Positions 12,999-25,163 of a stretch of DNA of 64,000 nucleotides are shown in pieces. This DNA comes from Eledone cirrhosa (Eukaryota), in contig OZ024754.1 in assembly GCA_964016885.1 (NCBI GenBank), positions 28,334,001 through 28,398,000 on the forward strand, given 5' to 3'. The notes under the pieces are model-generated. The model did no database searches, was not told where the DNA came from, and saw only the letters and a program-made list of their open reading frames with translations. Position 1 is the stretch's first letter, and each line of letters begins with the position of its first letter. Made by a program: the position numbers and the translations under genes.

Positions 12999-13520
12999 CG
13001 TGAGTTAGCTATAACCTCAAAATTACTGTGAGCATTCAACATGGCTATATCTAACCTATCGAATCCAACCCCTATGTATTAAATGACCATTCATACAATG
13101 TCGATAACCTGTTGTTGCTCTGACTGTTGGCATTGAATGAATTTTATACAACTATAACAGCTTAAACTTCAGCCAAAAGATATATGAAATAATTGCAAAA
13201 TATATATTTTTATATTTGTCAATATAAACATTTTTCTTGGCAGGTAACTGAATAAAGCAATAAAATAAGGTTCTCTATAGTGAGGGTTGGCATGAAGCCA
13301 TAGAATTCTACATAAAACAAGTGTGTAGGTCTTTCCTAATGTAAACAAGTGTGTATATCTTTCCTAGTGTACATAATTCTATCAGGATGTCTTAATTATA
13401 TTAAAATGTAAGAAATAGTTCTATAGTTAGACCATAAGATATCTCACTGAAATATTTAGTTTCATTCATTAGCCTGCAGTCATGCTGGGACTCCACTTTC
13501 ATTTTTAGTCAATAATATAC

Positions 13521-13862
13521 ATGGCTTAGTGGTTAGAGCATTGGCCTTGCAATCGAAAGGTTGTGAGTTCAATTCTCAGACTGGGTGATGTGTTGTTTCC
13601 TTGAGCAAGACACTTTATTTCACATTGCTCCAGTTTACTCAGCTGTAGAAATGAGATGATAGGGACAGGGGTCCATATCATTCCACTGCAAAGTGGTCGT
13701 CGAGGTGCCACGGCAAAAAAGCACCCAGCACTCACTGTAAATGAGGTTGGTGTTAGGAAGGGCATCCAGCTGTAGAAATCAAGCCAGAATCAGTTCCCGT
13801 CCCACCCTTGCAAGCAGGGAAAAAGCGAACGTAAAATGAAATGAAATGAAATGAATGAAATG
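13521..13862 (+). mobile_element. SINE family B: tRNA head + CORE-like domain + RTE-derived tail
   Basis: A-box-like tggcttagtgg, B-box-like gagttcaattc, CORE-like ttgagcaagacacttt...cagctgtagaaatg, tail cccacccttgcaagcagggaaaa..gaacgtaaaatga matching the LINE end at 44715-44760. Confidence 0.88.
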
Positions 13863-13888
<26 letters not shown>

Positions 13889-13894
<6 letters not shown>

Positions 13895-14689
13895 ATTGTA
13901 GCTTGCTTGAAGCATTGTTTAATAGGAAACACAAATTTGAATTTTGAAGACCAACACGATGCGTATGGAGAATGTTAAGCTACCAAGATAACAAAAGAAT
14001 CTTACCTTAGCAAATTTAACGAACCCAAATATTTTCGGGTTTAAAAAACCATTATCAAGTGAGTGACCCTATAAGAGACTTAAAATCTGCTTCCATACAC
14101 AAGAGCAAGAATGAAGGGTTCATTCTACTGGCATGGCTATAAAATTGAGGCTTGTTTGCATAATTGAAAACGAACCAAATGTTATTATTAATATTCGAAA
14201 AACTCAGATTACATTTATTGTATTCAGCCATGTAGAGCGAGAATTTTCTTTTCTTATTTGAATTTGGCAAAGCCGGCCATTTATCGCTCGTATACAGGAA
14301 ACTGACTGGCCAGTCTGCTGATACGCAAATCTGGCTGATCAGTGGATTTGCTAATATGCAGATCTGACTGATCAGCCAGTCTGCTAATATGCAAATCAGG
14401 CTGATCAGTAACTGTATTTTTGAAAATAGCATATATTTTCACTAGCTCTGACAGTTTGGCAGGTGAACAGTGAGCTGTACTGATGAAGGGTGATACCCAG
14501 AAACATTAGTGTCTGCAGTTCTGTTCACATGCCAACACAAGAGCAAGAATGAAGGGTTCATTCTACTGACATGGCTATCAAATTGAGGCTTGTTTGCATA
14601 ATTGCAAACGACCGAATGTTATTATTAATATTCGAAAAACTCAGATTACATTTATTGTATTCAGCCATGTAGAGCGAGAATTTTCTTTT
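13889..14689 (+). mobile_element. Penelope-like/retrozyme-like element: 155-bp direct repeats enclosing a hammerhead motif
   Basis: Direct repeats 14097-14252 and 14535-14689 (period 438 bp), internal ~33-bp repeats at about 14300-14410, hammerhead fold, (TA)n on both sides. Confidence 0.65.
14456..14535 (+). ncRNA. Type I hammerhead ribozyme motif
   Basis: CTGATGA 14480-14486; stem II GGGT-gat-ACCC; GAAA 14500-14503; stem III CA-ttag-TG; GTC site 14511-14513; stem I GAGCTGTA/TGCAGTTC extended by GTGAACA/TGTTCAC and TTGGCA/TGCCAA. Confidence 0.8.
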
Positions 14690-15194
14690 ATATATATATT
14701 TATATATATATATGACTAAAAATCAAAGTGGAATCTCAACATGACCGCAGGTTAATGAATGAAACTAATAAAATGTTAAATGACTATTTCACATAGTCCA
14801 TTTAATTAATGATAGAAATGTCTAACTTCTCACGGTCTAATTTGATTTATGATTGAAATATCTCACTGAGATGTTTCTAAGTCTATCATCATCATCACCG
14901 TTCTTGCATGGGTTAGACGGGTTGTCCTGTTGTGGGCAGTGTCTGGTTGGCTGACCTTGTCTTGCTCATACTGGAACTGATTCTAGCTTGATTTCTACAA
15001 CTGGTTGCCCTTCCTAACACCAACCTCATTTACAGTGAGTGCTGGGTGCTTTTTTTCCGTGGCGCCTACAGGTACACTTTACAGTGTGGGCTGGGTGCTT
15101 TTTTGTTGTGATACCTCCACGACCACTTTGCAGTGGGAAGGGGTGTGGGCATATTGTCTATGTTTCAGCTTCGGCTTGTACCTGTGAGAAGTCT

Positions 15195-15906
15195 ATGTAT
15201 ATGTTTGTGTGTTTGTGTATGTATGTGTATGTATGTGTTTGTGTATGAATATGTGTGTATTTTGTATATATGTGTGTTTGTATGTATATATGTGTGTGTG
15301 TGTGTTTGTATGTATATATGTGTGTGTGTGTGTTTGTATATGTATGTATGTATGTATATGTATATGTATGCATATATTTATGTATGTATATGTATGCATA
15401 TATTTATGTATGTATATGTATGCATATATTTATGTATGTATATGTATGCATATATTTATGTATATATATGTATGCATATATTTATGTATATATATGTATG
15501 CATATATTTATGTATATATATGTATGCATATATTTATGTATATGTATGCATATATTTATGTATATATATGTATGCATATATTTATGTATATGTATGCATA
15601 TATTTATGTATATATATGTATGCATATATTTATGTATATGTATGCATATATTTATGTATATATATGTATGCATATATTTATGTATATATATGTATGCATA
15701 TATTTATGTATATATATGTATGCATATATTTATGTATATATATGTATGCATATATTTATGTATATATATGTATGCATATATTTATGTATATATATGTATG
15801 CATATATTTATGTATATATATGTATGCATATATTTATGTATATATATGTATGCATATATTTATGTATATATATGTGTGCATATATATATGTATTTATGTG
15901 CACGTG

Positions 15907-15933
<27 letters not shown>
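15195..15933. repeat. Compound TA/TG microsatellite with higher-order unit TATATATGTATGCATATATTTATG
   Basis: Direct reading; ends about 100 bp upstream of the exon a acceptor. Confidence 0.95.
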
Positions 15934-15937
<4 letters not shown>

Positions 15938-16030
15938 GTATATTATCATCAGAGCTCTTTGAAATTTTTTTGTTTCATTTTTGTTTCTAAATTTTTGTTT
16001 CTAAATTTTTGTTATATTTGTTCATTGCAG

Positions 16031-16212
16031 CCTTGAGATGCTGGATAAGATTGACCCTCCACCAATATCTGAAGGTTATGGACTCTCTCTGGCCTTCCAT
16101 TGCTTAATGGAAATAGTGAAAAGTGTGCAGTTTCTGATAGAAGGAAATGAAGCTGATGATGGTAAAGAAGAAATGGTTGAATGTAAGAAAGCCCCAGCTA
16201 ATGCTGTGGAAG
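16031..16212 (+). CDS. MON2: MON2 homolog, internal exon a (LEMLDKIDPPPISEGYGLSLAFHCLMEIVK...)
   Basis: Acceptor ttcattgcag|C; peptide matches the MON2 segment [25 protein letters not shown] as recalled from vertebrate MON2; best donor AAG|GTAAGG at 16212/16213 (phase 1). 3' boundary uncertain: same-phase donors also after 16161 and 16245. Confidence 0.88.
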
Positions 16213-16308
16213 GTAAGGAAACCCTTGCTAATAACATTGTGGAAGGTATGAAAGCCTTTGTTGATGTTGTTGAATGTAAGAGAGTATTTACTAATAATGT
16301 TGAATATT
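16165..16308 (+). repeat. 30-33 nt minisatellite across the exon a/intron boundary
   Basis: Units translate VECKKAPANA / VEGKETLANNI / VEGMKAFVDV / VECKRVFTNN. Confidence 0.8.
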
Positions 16309-16789
16309 TAGCAGGAAGGTTAGTTGGTTGAGTAGTTACTAGTTTAGCAGATATGTAATTGGTTGTTGTGTTGATTGGTGTGGTTGAAAAACAATCGGGG
16401 CCAACAATGAATTGAAAGAGACAAACAAGGAAACTAAACTACTTGATATTTTTGATATGTGCTATGGAATATGATGAAACCAGATAGCAAAATATGTAAA
16501 AGGTTTGATATAACAGAGAATTTCATCAACAGGTTGCTAAGAGTGGTGTTCATAGATACAAGTATTTTTGTTGTGATATCTTAGAATTTGTGAGTCAATA
16601 TGTGAATATGGAGATGATGGTTGAGATGAGAAATCGTTTGTCGAGTGTCTGTGAGGAAATATGAACAAACAGGGCAGAGAAGAGGGTGAAGCTAAATTTT
16701 TAGCTGGGCTTAAATACCCATTTGTTTTATGATAGCTTTTTCCAGTGAAGACAATAATTTTAGCCTACATTTGTAGCTGTGATAATTTC

Positions 16790-17005
16790 ACTACAAATGT
16801 AAAAGAAATCCTTACTAATACTGGTGACTGTAAGTGAACCCTTGATAATGCTGTGGATGGTAAAATATCCTTTGCTAATGTTGTAAGAGAGCTCTCATTG
16901 ATGTCATTGTATGTAAGAAAGCTCTCACCAATGCTGTTGTATGTAAGAGAGCCATTGATAATGCCTTGGAATGTAAGAAGATTCTTGCTAATGATTTTGG
17001 ATGTG
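16790..17005 (+). repeat. Second intronic array of the same ~30-nt unit
   Basis: Repeated aatgctgtggatggtaa / atgctgttgtatgtaagagagcc / aatgccttggaatgtaagaag. Confidence 0.7.
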
Positions 17006-17057
17006 TGTGTGTATGAGAGAGAAAAGGAGAAAAAAAATTTACTTTGCCCTTTTAAAC

Positions 17058-18425
17058 TCATCATCATCATCATCCGGCGGTCTCAGCCAAAATGGACTCA
17101 ACAATTGATCTCCACGTGGGTCTGTCATTCATTGCTATTGCCAAATCCTGGATTTTAATACCAGAATCTCTGGAGATGACATTGGGATAGGAGAGCTTGT
17201 GCCCCCTGTTATTAGTGACTGCTTGTGGTTTCCTCGTAGGTGGCATGATGGCAGTGGCCCCAAATCTTACTCTCCTCTTACATACAATGACAGATATGCG
17301 TGGGAGGCTGACATATCTCTCTCTCAAAGTCAGATGTCGCCAGCTTATGTTCTGAATGCGTTGAAGCAGGCGAGTGTAAGTGCCATCAAGGTGCTTTTGT
17401 TGTTTGGATGAGAGCATCCATATTTCACTTCCATATAGCAAGATTGGTTGAATGGTTACTTGGAAGAGTTTGATCTTGGTGTGGTTGGAAAGATTTGAGC
17501 ACCAAACTCGATCCATCTTGTTGTAAGCTGACCATGCTTGGGCCTTTCTGGTGTCGAAATCCTTCTCAGAATCCATGATCCAGGACCCAAGATACTTGAA
17601 ATCCTCAACTTGCTTCATATCACTGCTGTTGATTGCTTTGATGCTGTTGCCTGTACAGTTTGATATGTACTCTGTTTTACCCTTGTTGAGATGAAGGCCA
17701 ATGAGGACGGCTGCTTCCTGGAGAGATGTCAAAAGTTGTTGCGCATTTTCTAGGCAATTTACAAGAAGTGCAATGTCATCCGCAAAGTCAAGGTCAGTGA
17801 GATGTTTAGTGGGGTGCCTAGAGCTCATGGAGGGTTTGATGGTTATACCCTTGTTATTGATTTTGTCAATTGAGAGTCTCAGGGCATAGTCTAGTGCAAT
17901 GATAAAGTGGAATGGAGCAAGAGTGTCACCCTGCAGCATTCCTGCTGAGATGTAAATGAACTCTGTTGGGCCATCAGGGGTGATGATAGTGGCACTTGTG
18001 TTGAGATACAGAGCCTTAATTGCTTCCATGAGTCTTGCTGGGATGCCATATAAGGGTAGAATTTCAAACAGAATGTCTCTGTTTATGCTGTCAAAAGCTT
18101 TTCTCAAGTTAACAAAAACTAGAGCCATTTGTCTGTTTGAGTTTCTCATCTCTTCCACTAGTCTTCTCAAGGCTAAAATCTGTGCAAGTATAGATATACC
18201 ACACCTCAAACCGTTTTGGTTGATGTGGATTGGATTGGATTAACATACGTAATTATACGGTTGAGGATTAGCTTGTAGATCTTGGCAGCAATGGGCATAA
18301 GTGATATTCCTCGGTAGTTTTTTGGGGGATGAGAGGTCGCCTTTTTTGGGAACAGGAACTATGCCAGCTTTTAGTCATCTTTTTGGAGGAATTTTATTGT
18401 TTAAGGCGTCATTGCAGATTTTAAA
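17058..18425 (-). mobile_element. RTE-X-like LINE, 5'-truncated and degraded
   Basis: ORF 17070-18209 with KAFDSI, GMLQGDTLAP, LDFADDIAL, FKYLGSW; (GAT)n tail at 17058-17073. Confidence 0.88.
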
Positions 18426-19574
18426 CTAATTATACACCCACTGATACCAAGATAAAAATGTACCCTTTCATTAGGAAGGGCATCTAGCTGTAGAAACCAT
18501 GCAAAATATGGAATGCATGACAGTTTAATCTATGACTTTAACAACCAGCATTGAAAGGAGATGTAAAATGATGATATATATGTGGATGTACACACTCACT
18601 CTTACACTTACACACACACACACACACTCATATAATTCTCACTATTATCTGTCTAGCTTATATAAACTGACACACAGATCTCATACATGTTAGCTTCCAT
18701 TATCAATAAAATGTTTAAAATTTCTAAAGAATTAATATCAGTCTCCAGATATGCTTAGAGATAATTCCTTTTTAAATAATTATTAAAATTTTTCTATTTT
18801 TGACTGTATAATTAATTTAGCTAATGAATAAAAAAAAGTCTGTATTGTCTTTATATTGTTTTAAATATATTACTTTTGCTCCTGGCTGTGATTTAATCTG
18901 TGACATATGAAGCAAATAGCTAGAATATTTATACCAATATGGTGATTAAAAATAGTCCTTGTCATTTGGTCATTAGCTTTCTAGAAGCACTAGATTTTAG
19001 ACTAACTTTTGTTAAACAAAACGTTGAACTCTTTTGTCACCAACCTACCCCCAAAATGGCTCTGCTTCTTTGATACAAAATCACCCATTTTAAAGGGTAC
19101 CTATTTAGATTAAGATCTTCCAACATAATTTTATATAAGTCCATTTGTTAAAAATAATATATCTTAATAATGAAATTTTAGTTAATCCCTCCAGATTCTT
19201 CATAAATAAATTTAACGTGTATGTCATTAGATATATGGTAGCTAATGGGTTAAGGCCATTTTATCTGTTGAAGCAGGGGTTAATGTTGTGGGCCCCATAA
19301 AATGGGGATCTGTTTTAAGGCAAAGTTTTATAGCTGGCTGCCATTCCTGTTGCTAACTCTTTTAGTTGCCTCATCCAATATGAAGGGATACAGTGAATCT
19401 ATTTTGAACTGGATACACACGGTCAGATACCAGCTTTTGTTATCTTGTTAGCCATCTTCCTTGGAAAATACAATTAGTTGTTGTATTTTGGTAGGATTAG
19501 TTTTGCAATTAAAATCACATGTACTGGTTGCTGGTTCCCACATGATCACTAAAAAAATAACAACTAGACTAACC

Positions 19575-19830
19575 TGTGTATATGTTTTAGAATAAGTACA
19601 CTGCATTCCTGTGTGTATCTGTTTTAGAATAAGTACACTACATTCCAGTGTGTATCTGTTTTATGATAGGTACACTGTATTCCTGTGCATATTTGTTTTA
19701 GAATAGGTACACTGCATCCCTGTGTGTATCCAGTTTAGAATAGGTACACTGCAACCCTACATGTATCTAGTTTAGAATAGGTACACTGCAACCCTACATA
19801 TATCCAATTTAGAATAGGTGCATTGTATTT
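19575..19830. repeat. ~37-bp minisatellite (gttttagaataggtacactgcattcctgtgtgtatct), about 7 units
   Basis: Direct reading of tandem units. Confidence 0.85.
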
Positions 19831-20574
19831 CTGCATGTAGTAAGAGGAAACTAATCTGAGCCTACACATGCCAGCATGAAAAAGTGGACATAGTGGTGGT
19901 AGTGTGAAACCAAACAACAATACTACCTCGCTCAAAACCACCCCTCATTCTCCAACACAAAACTGTTTATTTTAAAATGTTTATATTTATCTAAAAACCT
20001 TCCATCATAATTTCATGTGAAGATATATATATATATGATCATGTTCCAAACACTAGTGTAATAATGAGAAAGTTAGTTACAATATTAAATCTCTCCAAAT
20101 TCTTCATTATTTTCAAAACTATTTAAAAATCATAGGGACAATGTTTTTCATTAGAAATATGGTAACACTAAATGTGGTAACAGAAGGGTCAAAGAAAGTA
20201 GCACTAAGCTACAAAGCATGCTTTTAAGATGAAATGACAATGGGAGGGGGACTTCTCAATAATGGTCTATGGTTGGTGTTTTAATAGTAAATATTTTCCT
20301 TGAAATTCCTTAGGGGATGAGATAAATCAATGCTGAGATGAAAATTTGTTTTAAGTAATCAGACAATTTTTTCTCACATTGAAGTTCTTCAATCAAAACC
20401 TTATTGATCACAATTGCATGTATTGGAAATGGCTGGTCAACTGATATTACCAATAATTAAAATAAGAAGACTGAAAGGAAGGATGGAAGGTAAAATGGTG
20501 TGTGTGGAGGGGTAAGGAAGAAAGGCTTATTTGTAAAAGAGATGTTTTGTTTTGTTTCTGTTTTTGTAATTTTC

Positions 20575-20775
20575 ATTAATAATAATAATAATGATGGTGA
20601 TGATGATGAAGAAAATAATCCTCTTCTGCTTCCTACTCCTCCTCCTCTCCATCATCACCATCATTACCACCGTTACTATCAACTCCATTACCAACATCAC
20701 TACCACCAACCTCTACTATTACCACTACCACATCATTATGTACATCACCAGCACCATCATCATCATCATCATCAT
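20575..20775. repeat. Compound trinucleotide repeat (AAT/GAT/CCT/CAC/CAT)
   Basis: Direct reading. Confidence 0.85.
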
Positions 20776-21679
20776 ACTCAATTTTAAAACTAAATGCAAC
20801 AGCCATAATGATGGAATGTTTTTCTTACTTCGAAAAAAATAAAAATAAAGGTGAAAACTTAACTAAATCACAAGAAAAAAATATGAAATTGAAAAATAAT
20901 TTAAAAACAATGAAAAATGAGTAAAAAATGGTTTAGTTTTGTTGTTGTTGTTATTTTAGTGATAAAGGGGGAAGCTGCAAATGTAAACAAAAGAATTGAT
21001 CTTGGGTTGCTTCTGTGTTTCTATTACATAGTAGATGATAGATTTTATGTATTTAGATTTTAAAATATAGGTGAGATATGCAACAAATGTTTCAACCCTT
21101 TTGATCTGAACCTGTCAGAAACCATCCCTGGTTTATCTATCTATTTATTTATTTATTTAATTATTTATTTAATTATTTATTCAATCTAAACGTCTGTATA
21201 GAGCTAGTTAGCCTTGACAGATTAGGGGAAGTATCGAGTACTCCTTACAGTTGGTAATCAAAAAGTGCTAGTGAGAAAAGTAATGAAAAAAAGAAAAAAA
21301 GAAAACTAAAAACTAAAATTTAAAAAGAAAAAGGGGAAACACTGTTTGCTTTAAATTGTTTGTTTATAAAAAAATAAAAAAATTCAGAGTAGATTGGGTG
21401 CTTTTTATCGTGTAATGAAAGGGTTAAATTTGTAAGTAGTGAAATAAAAAAAATAATAAGGGAATTTAAAAATTGACGTAACTTCACCATATTTTTTACT
21501 ACTAATAATATCAGAATGTATAAGCTCCTAGAAATCAGCATGTGTGGGAAATGAACCCAGACTTCTTATTTAGGGATATATTTATTTGTTACCGACTTGT
21601 AAAACTGACACACAGTTTAAGAAATATCATCATTTTACAAAGTGACCTCATCTTATTCATAAGAGTAAAGAATAGAGGA

Positions 21680-22010
21680 CTCTTTCAGTCACAAATGACC
21701 ATGGGATTTGCACCTAGAAAGTTCCCCCACTGAGGAACAAGTCCGGGCAAGTTGTTTGCAGAAGACCAGAAGATGCCCATGCATGCAAGTCTCCTCTCTC
21801 CACGCCACCATTATTGTCCAAAGGAAAGGCAATGTCTGATACAGCTTGCCACCAGTGGTGTCACAACTCATTTCTACAGCTGAGTAAACTGGAGCAACGT
21901 GAAATAAAGTGTTTTGCTTAAGGACATAACACATCATCCGGTCTGAGAATTGAACTCACAACCTCACGATTGCAAGCCCAACTCTCTAACAACTAAGCCA
22001 TGTGCCTTCT
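21680..22010 (-). mobile_element. SINE with family B head and a different body
   Basis: 21865-22005 is the reverse complement of the 13521-13655 head; 21690-21860 is unrelated to the family B body. Confidence 0.7.
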
Positions 22011-22808
22011 TCATATGTTATATATTTTCATATGGTTTCTAATGCCAACTACTCTACAGGTTTTACTGGATTCATTATATTTTGGTATCAGCCCTATACT
22101 CATAGTGAGCTTCTAAAACCTAGGACACACATGGTTTCAGTTTAAGAGATGTTTTTTTTTTTTTCTTAAATTTGTAAGTAGTGAAATAAAAAGGAAGAAA
22201 TAGCTGTTTTTTTGGCATCTACTTGTATTCCTTCTTTGAGAGAGATAACATTTTTTATGTCATCTATTTTAGCACATGAGAATGGAAAAAAAATATGATG
22301 AATTTTTATTGTCTGTGAGGATAAAACTGAAGAAAAAAAAAAATATATATAAATAACTGCACATATAATTTGCACAAAATATTATTTGAATCAATATTAT
22401 AAAGTTTTATATATTGTTTAGTATTCACTGGTTGGCAGGTTTAATAATAATAATAATAATAATGGTGATTTAATAAAGGACTTGCTCAGGGGGAAAATAT
22501 TTTTTGCAATTGCTTGTACAGTTATATTATGACGATTTTATTTCATGTGCAGGTAAAAAACAAAATAAAAGGTATTCATGACGTTAAAAATGGGAATCTG
22601 ACCACTTGAGCATTTAGTATTTGTGAATATTAAATATTTTTTTTTAGTTTATTGCTTCCATCTTAAATATATGCATTGATTCAATTATTGGACATATTAG
22701 TTGTTTTTTTTGTTCATTGTAAATGTTTTGTTTTTTTTCAGACATGTAATAAAAATATATTTATTTTTTCCTCCTTCTGTATTTTCTTTTTTTTTTTTGT
22801 TACTCTAG

Positions 22809-22893
22809 AGAAAGAACAACATTTACATGGAGAATTAATCAATTCATCTTGGTGTGGCATGTTGGCTTCCCTCTCCCTGCTTCTTGACGCTAG
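22809..22893 (+). CDS. MON2: MON2 homolog, internal exon b (KEQHLHGELINSSWCGMLASLSLLLDA)
   Basis: Long polypyrimidine tract then ctctag|AG; donor AG|GTATGT; matches MON2 WCGLLAALSLLLDAS; phase 1 in, phase 2 out, consistent with neighbours. Confidence 0.93.
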
Positions 22894-22939
22894 GTATGTA
22901 TGTCTCTAGGCTTTTTTTCCTTCCTTTTCATTATTGTAT

Positions 22940-24245
22940 TCATCATCATCATCATCATCGTTTAACGTCTATCTTCCACGCTAGCATGGGTTTCAGCGGG
23001 AATTGTTCCACTTGAGGCAAGATTGGTTGTCTTGCTTGTGTAGGACTGTCTGGCAGGTTTTCTATGGCTGGATGCCCTTCCTAACACCAACCACGTTTAC
23101 AGTGTGGACTGGGAGGTTTTTACCGTGTTACCTACATGGCCACATTACAGCGTGGACTATGTGTTTTTTTGTCGTGACACGTACACGACCTCATTTATTT
23201 AGGACGGGATGTTGTGGTACCAACATAACTTTGCAGCGAAAGGGGTGGTGTAGATGGGGGTAAGGGTAGTGGAATAGGGGTGTATTTTGGTTAAGAGGTG
23301 CCTACTGCCTGTAGGTTTCACTTTGTACTTAGGCAAGGCGGGTCTTCTGCATAGCGCCAAAGATCTCGGTCCAGTGACATTGTCTTGGAGAGGTGTGTGT
23401 AAGGTCGGAATTTATCAAATCGTCCCAGGTTTTTCTGGGTCTGCCTACTCCGTAGCTACCGTCTATTTTGATCGCCCTGCACTTTTTTTTATACAGCTGT
23501 CGTCTTTCATACGCATCACGTGACCATACCAATGTAGTCTTCTCTCTAGTAAACAGCATCTGATTCCTCTATTCCTAATTTCTCACTTAGTTCATTTATG
23601 CTTTGCCGTTCACATATATTACTATTACACACCCAACGGAGCATGCAAGCTTCATTCCTCTCCAGTCTGCATAGATCCTCTGCACACAATGCCCATGTCT
23701 CACTGCCATGTAACATTGCTGTTCGTTTGCAGGCATCATACAGTCTGCCTTTCATTTTTAGAGAGAAACCTTTAGCGGGCAATAGTGGTATAAGCTCTCT
23801 GAAATTTTTCCATCCTGTTCTGACTCTAGCTACTGTACTTTCAGAGCACCCTCCCCCACTGCTGATGTTGTCACCCAGATAACGGAAGGTGTCCACTATT
23901 TCTATAGAACCATTTGGGCAATGGAAGGAGCTAGTATCCTGTGGGCTACTACTTATTGCACCTGAGCACCGGCCACACATAAAATCTAAGTTCTTAGTTA
24001 GCTTACCTGTGATCCCACTACATCTTTTATGCACCCATACTTTGCATTTGGGACATAAAATGGAGTTTCTGCCTACTCCTTTCCTACACACTGAGCATGA
24101 CCATTTTCCAGAGGGGACCAGTGCCCTATTTTCCTTTCTACAGACTAGCACTTTAGTCTTAGACAAGTTAATTTTAAGGCCTTTTGATTCTAGGCCATGC
24201 TTCCATGTTTGGAATTTCTTCTCTAGTTCAGCCATCGATTCAGCT
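22940..24245 (-). mobile_element. RTE LINE family 1, 5'-truncated
   Basis: ORF 23546-24235 homologous to 6352-7494; 3' UTR and (GAT)n tail begin about 45 nt after the exon b donor. Confidence 0.93.
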
Positions 24246-24329
24246 TGGTTTATTGGTTTCAGTTATTGGACTGTGGCCATGCTAGGGCTCTGCCTTGAAT
24301 GGATATATTTCTATTATTATTATTATTAT

Positions 24330-24555
24330 TGGTGAATTGGCAGTATCGGTAGAGTATTGGACATCCTACTTTGTGGCATAAAGTTACGGTTATTTATGTT
24401 CTGGGTTCAAATCCAGCTGAGGTTAACTTTGCCTTTCATCCTGACGGAGTCAATAAAATAAAGTACCAGTCATTCACTGGGGTCAATTTAATCGACTTTC
24501 CCTTCTCTCCAAATTGCTGGCCTTGTGCCTAAAGTAGAAACAATTATTGTTATTA
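24330..24555 (+). mobile_element. SINE family A copy
   Basis: GGTTCAAATCC B-box, central block, ATT tail. Confidence 0.8.
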
Positions 24556-25163
24556 TATATTTCAACTTTGAAATCATTATTTAATTCTTAATATCATGTA
24601 CAGCATAAAACCACTAGAGCAGCAAGAGATTCTGGAAAAGTAAAAAATAAAACAGGACTATGACTGCATCACGTTAAACATTAAACTCTAATATTGAAGA
24701 TTTTCTCAATGGTACTATAAACATTTGAATTGACAAATCCACTTTAGATATTTTTTGCTAAATCATTACATAATGTTGAGAGTTATATATAATATAGCAA
24801 ATGTTGTAGATAAGTATTTGAACCACTGTTTCAAAGTGGTAGTGATGTCCGAACGAGTATCCTCCACTACCAACTTACCCTCTGCCTCTGGGTTGCAGCT
24901 AATTTTTGGTGTTTTTATTTTGCATTCTTTTACTTTCTTTTACTGGGGCGTTAACTTAAAAGACATTAGTTTATCACATTGATCCCAGTAATTATTGTTA
25001 TTTTTTTAAAAAGTTTGGTACTTATTTCATCAGTTCATGTTTGGTAAACTGTTCACTTATGTGACATAAGCAAACACAGGTATAGGCAGATTTACGTCAT
25101 CATAGTTTTTTTTTTTTGCATGACAGAATTGTTAGTGATAGACTTTTTATATTCCAGTTTTAA

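Noticed and set aside
20500-20842. His/Pro-rich ORFs; also the Leu/Ser-rich ORFs at 28705-28990
   Set aside because: Trinucleotide repeat translations with no splice or homology support.
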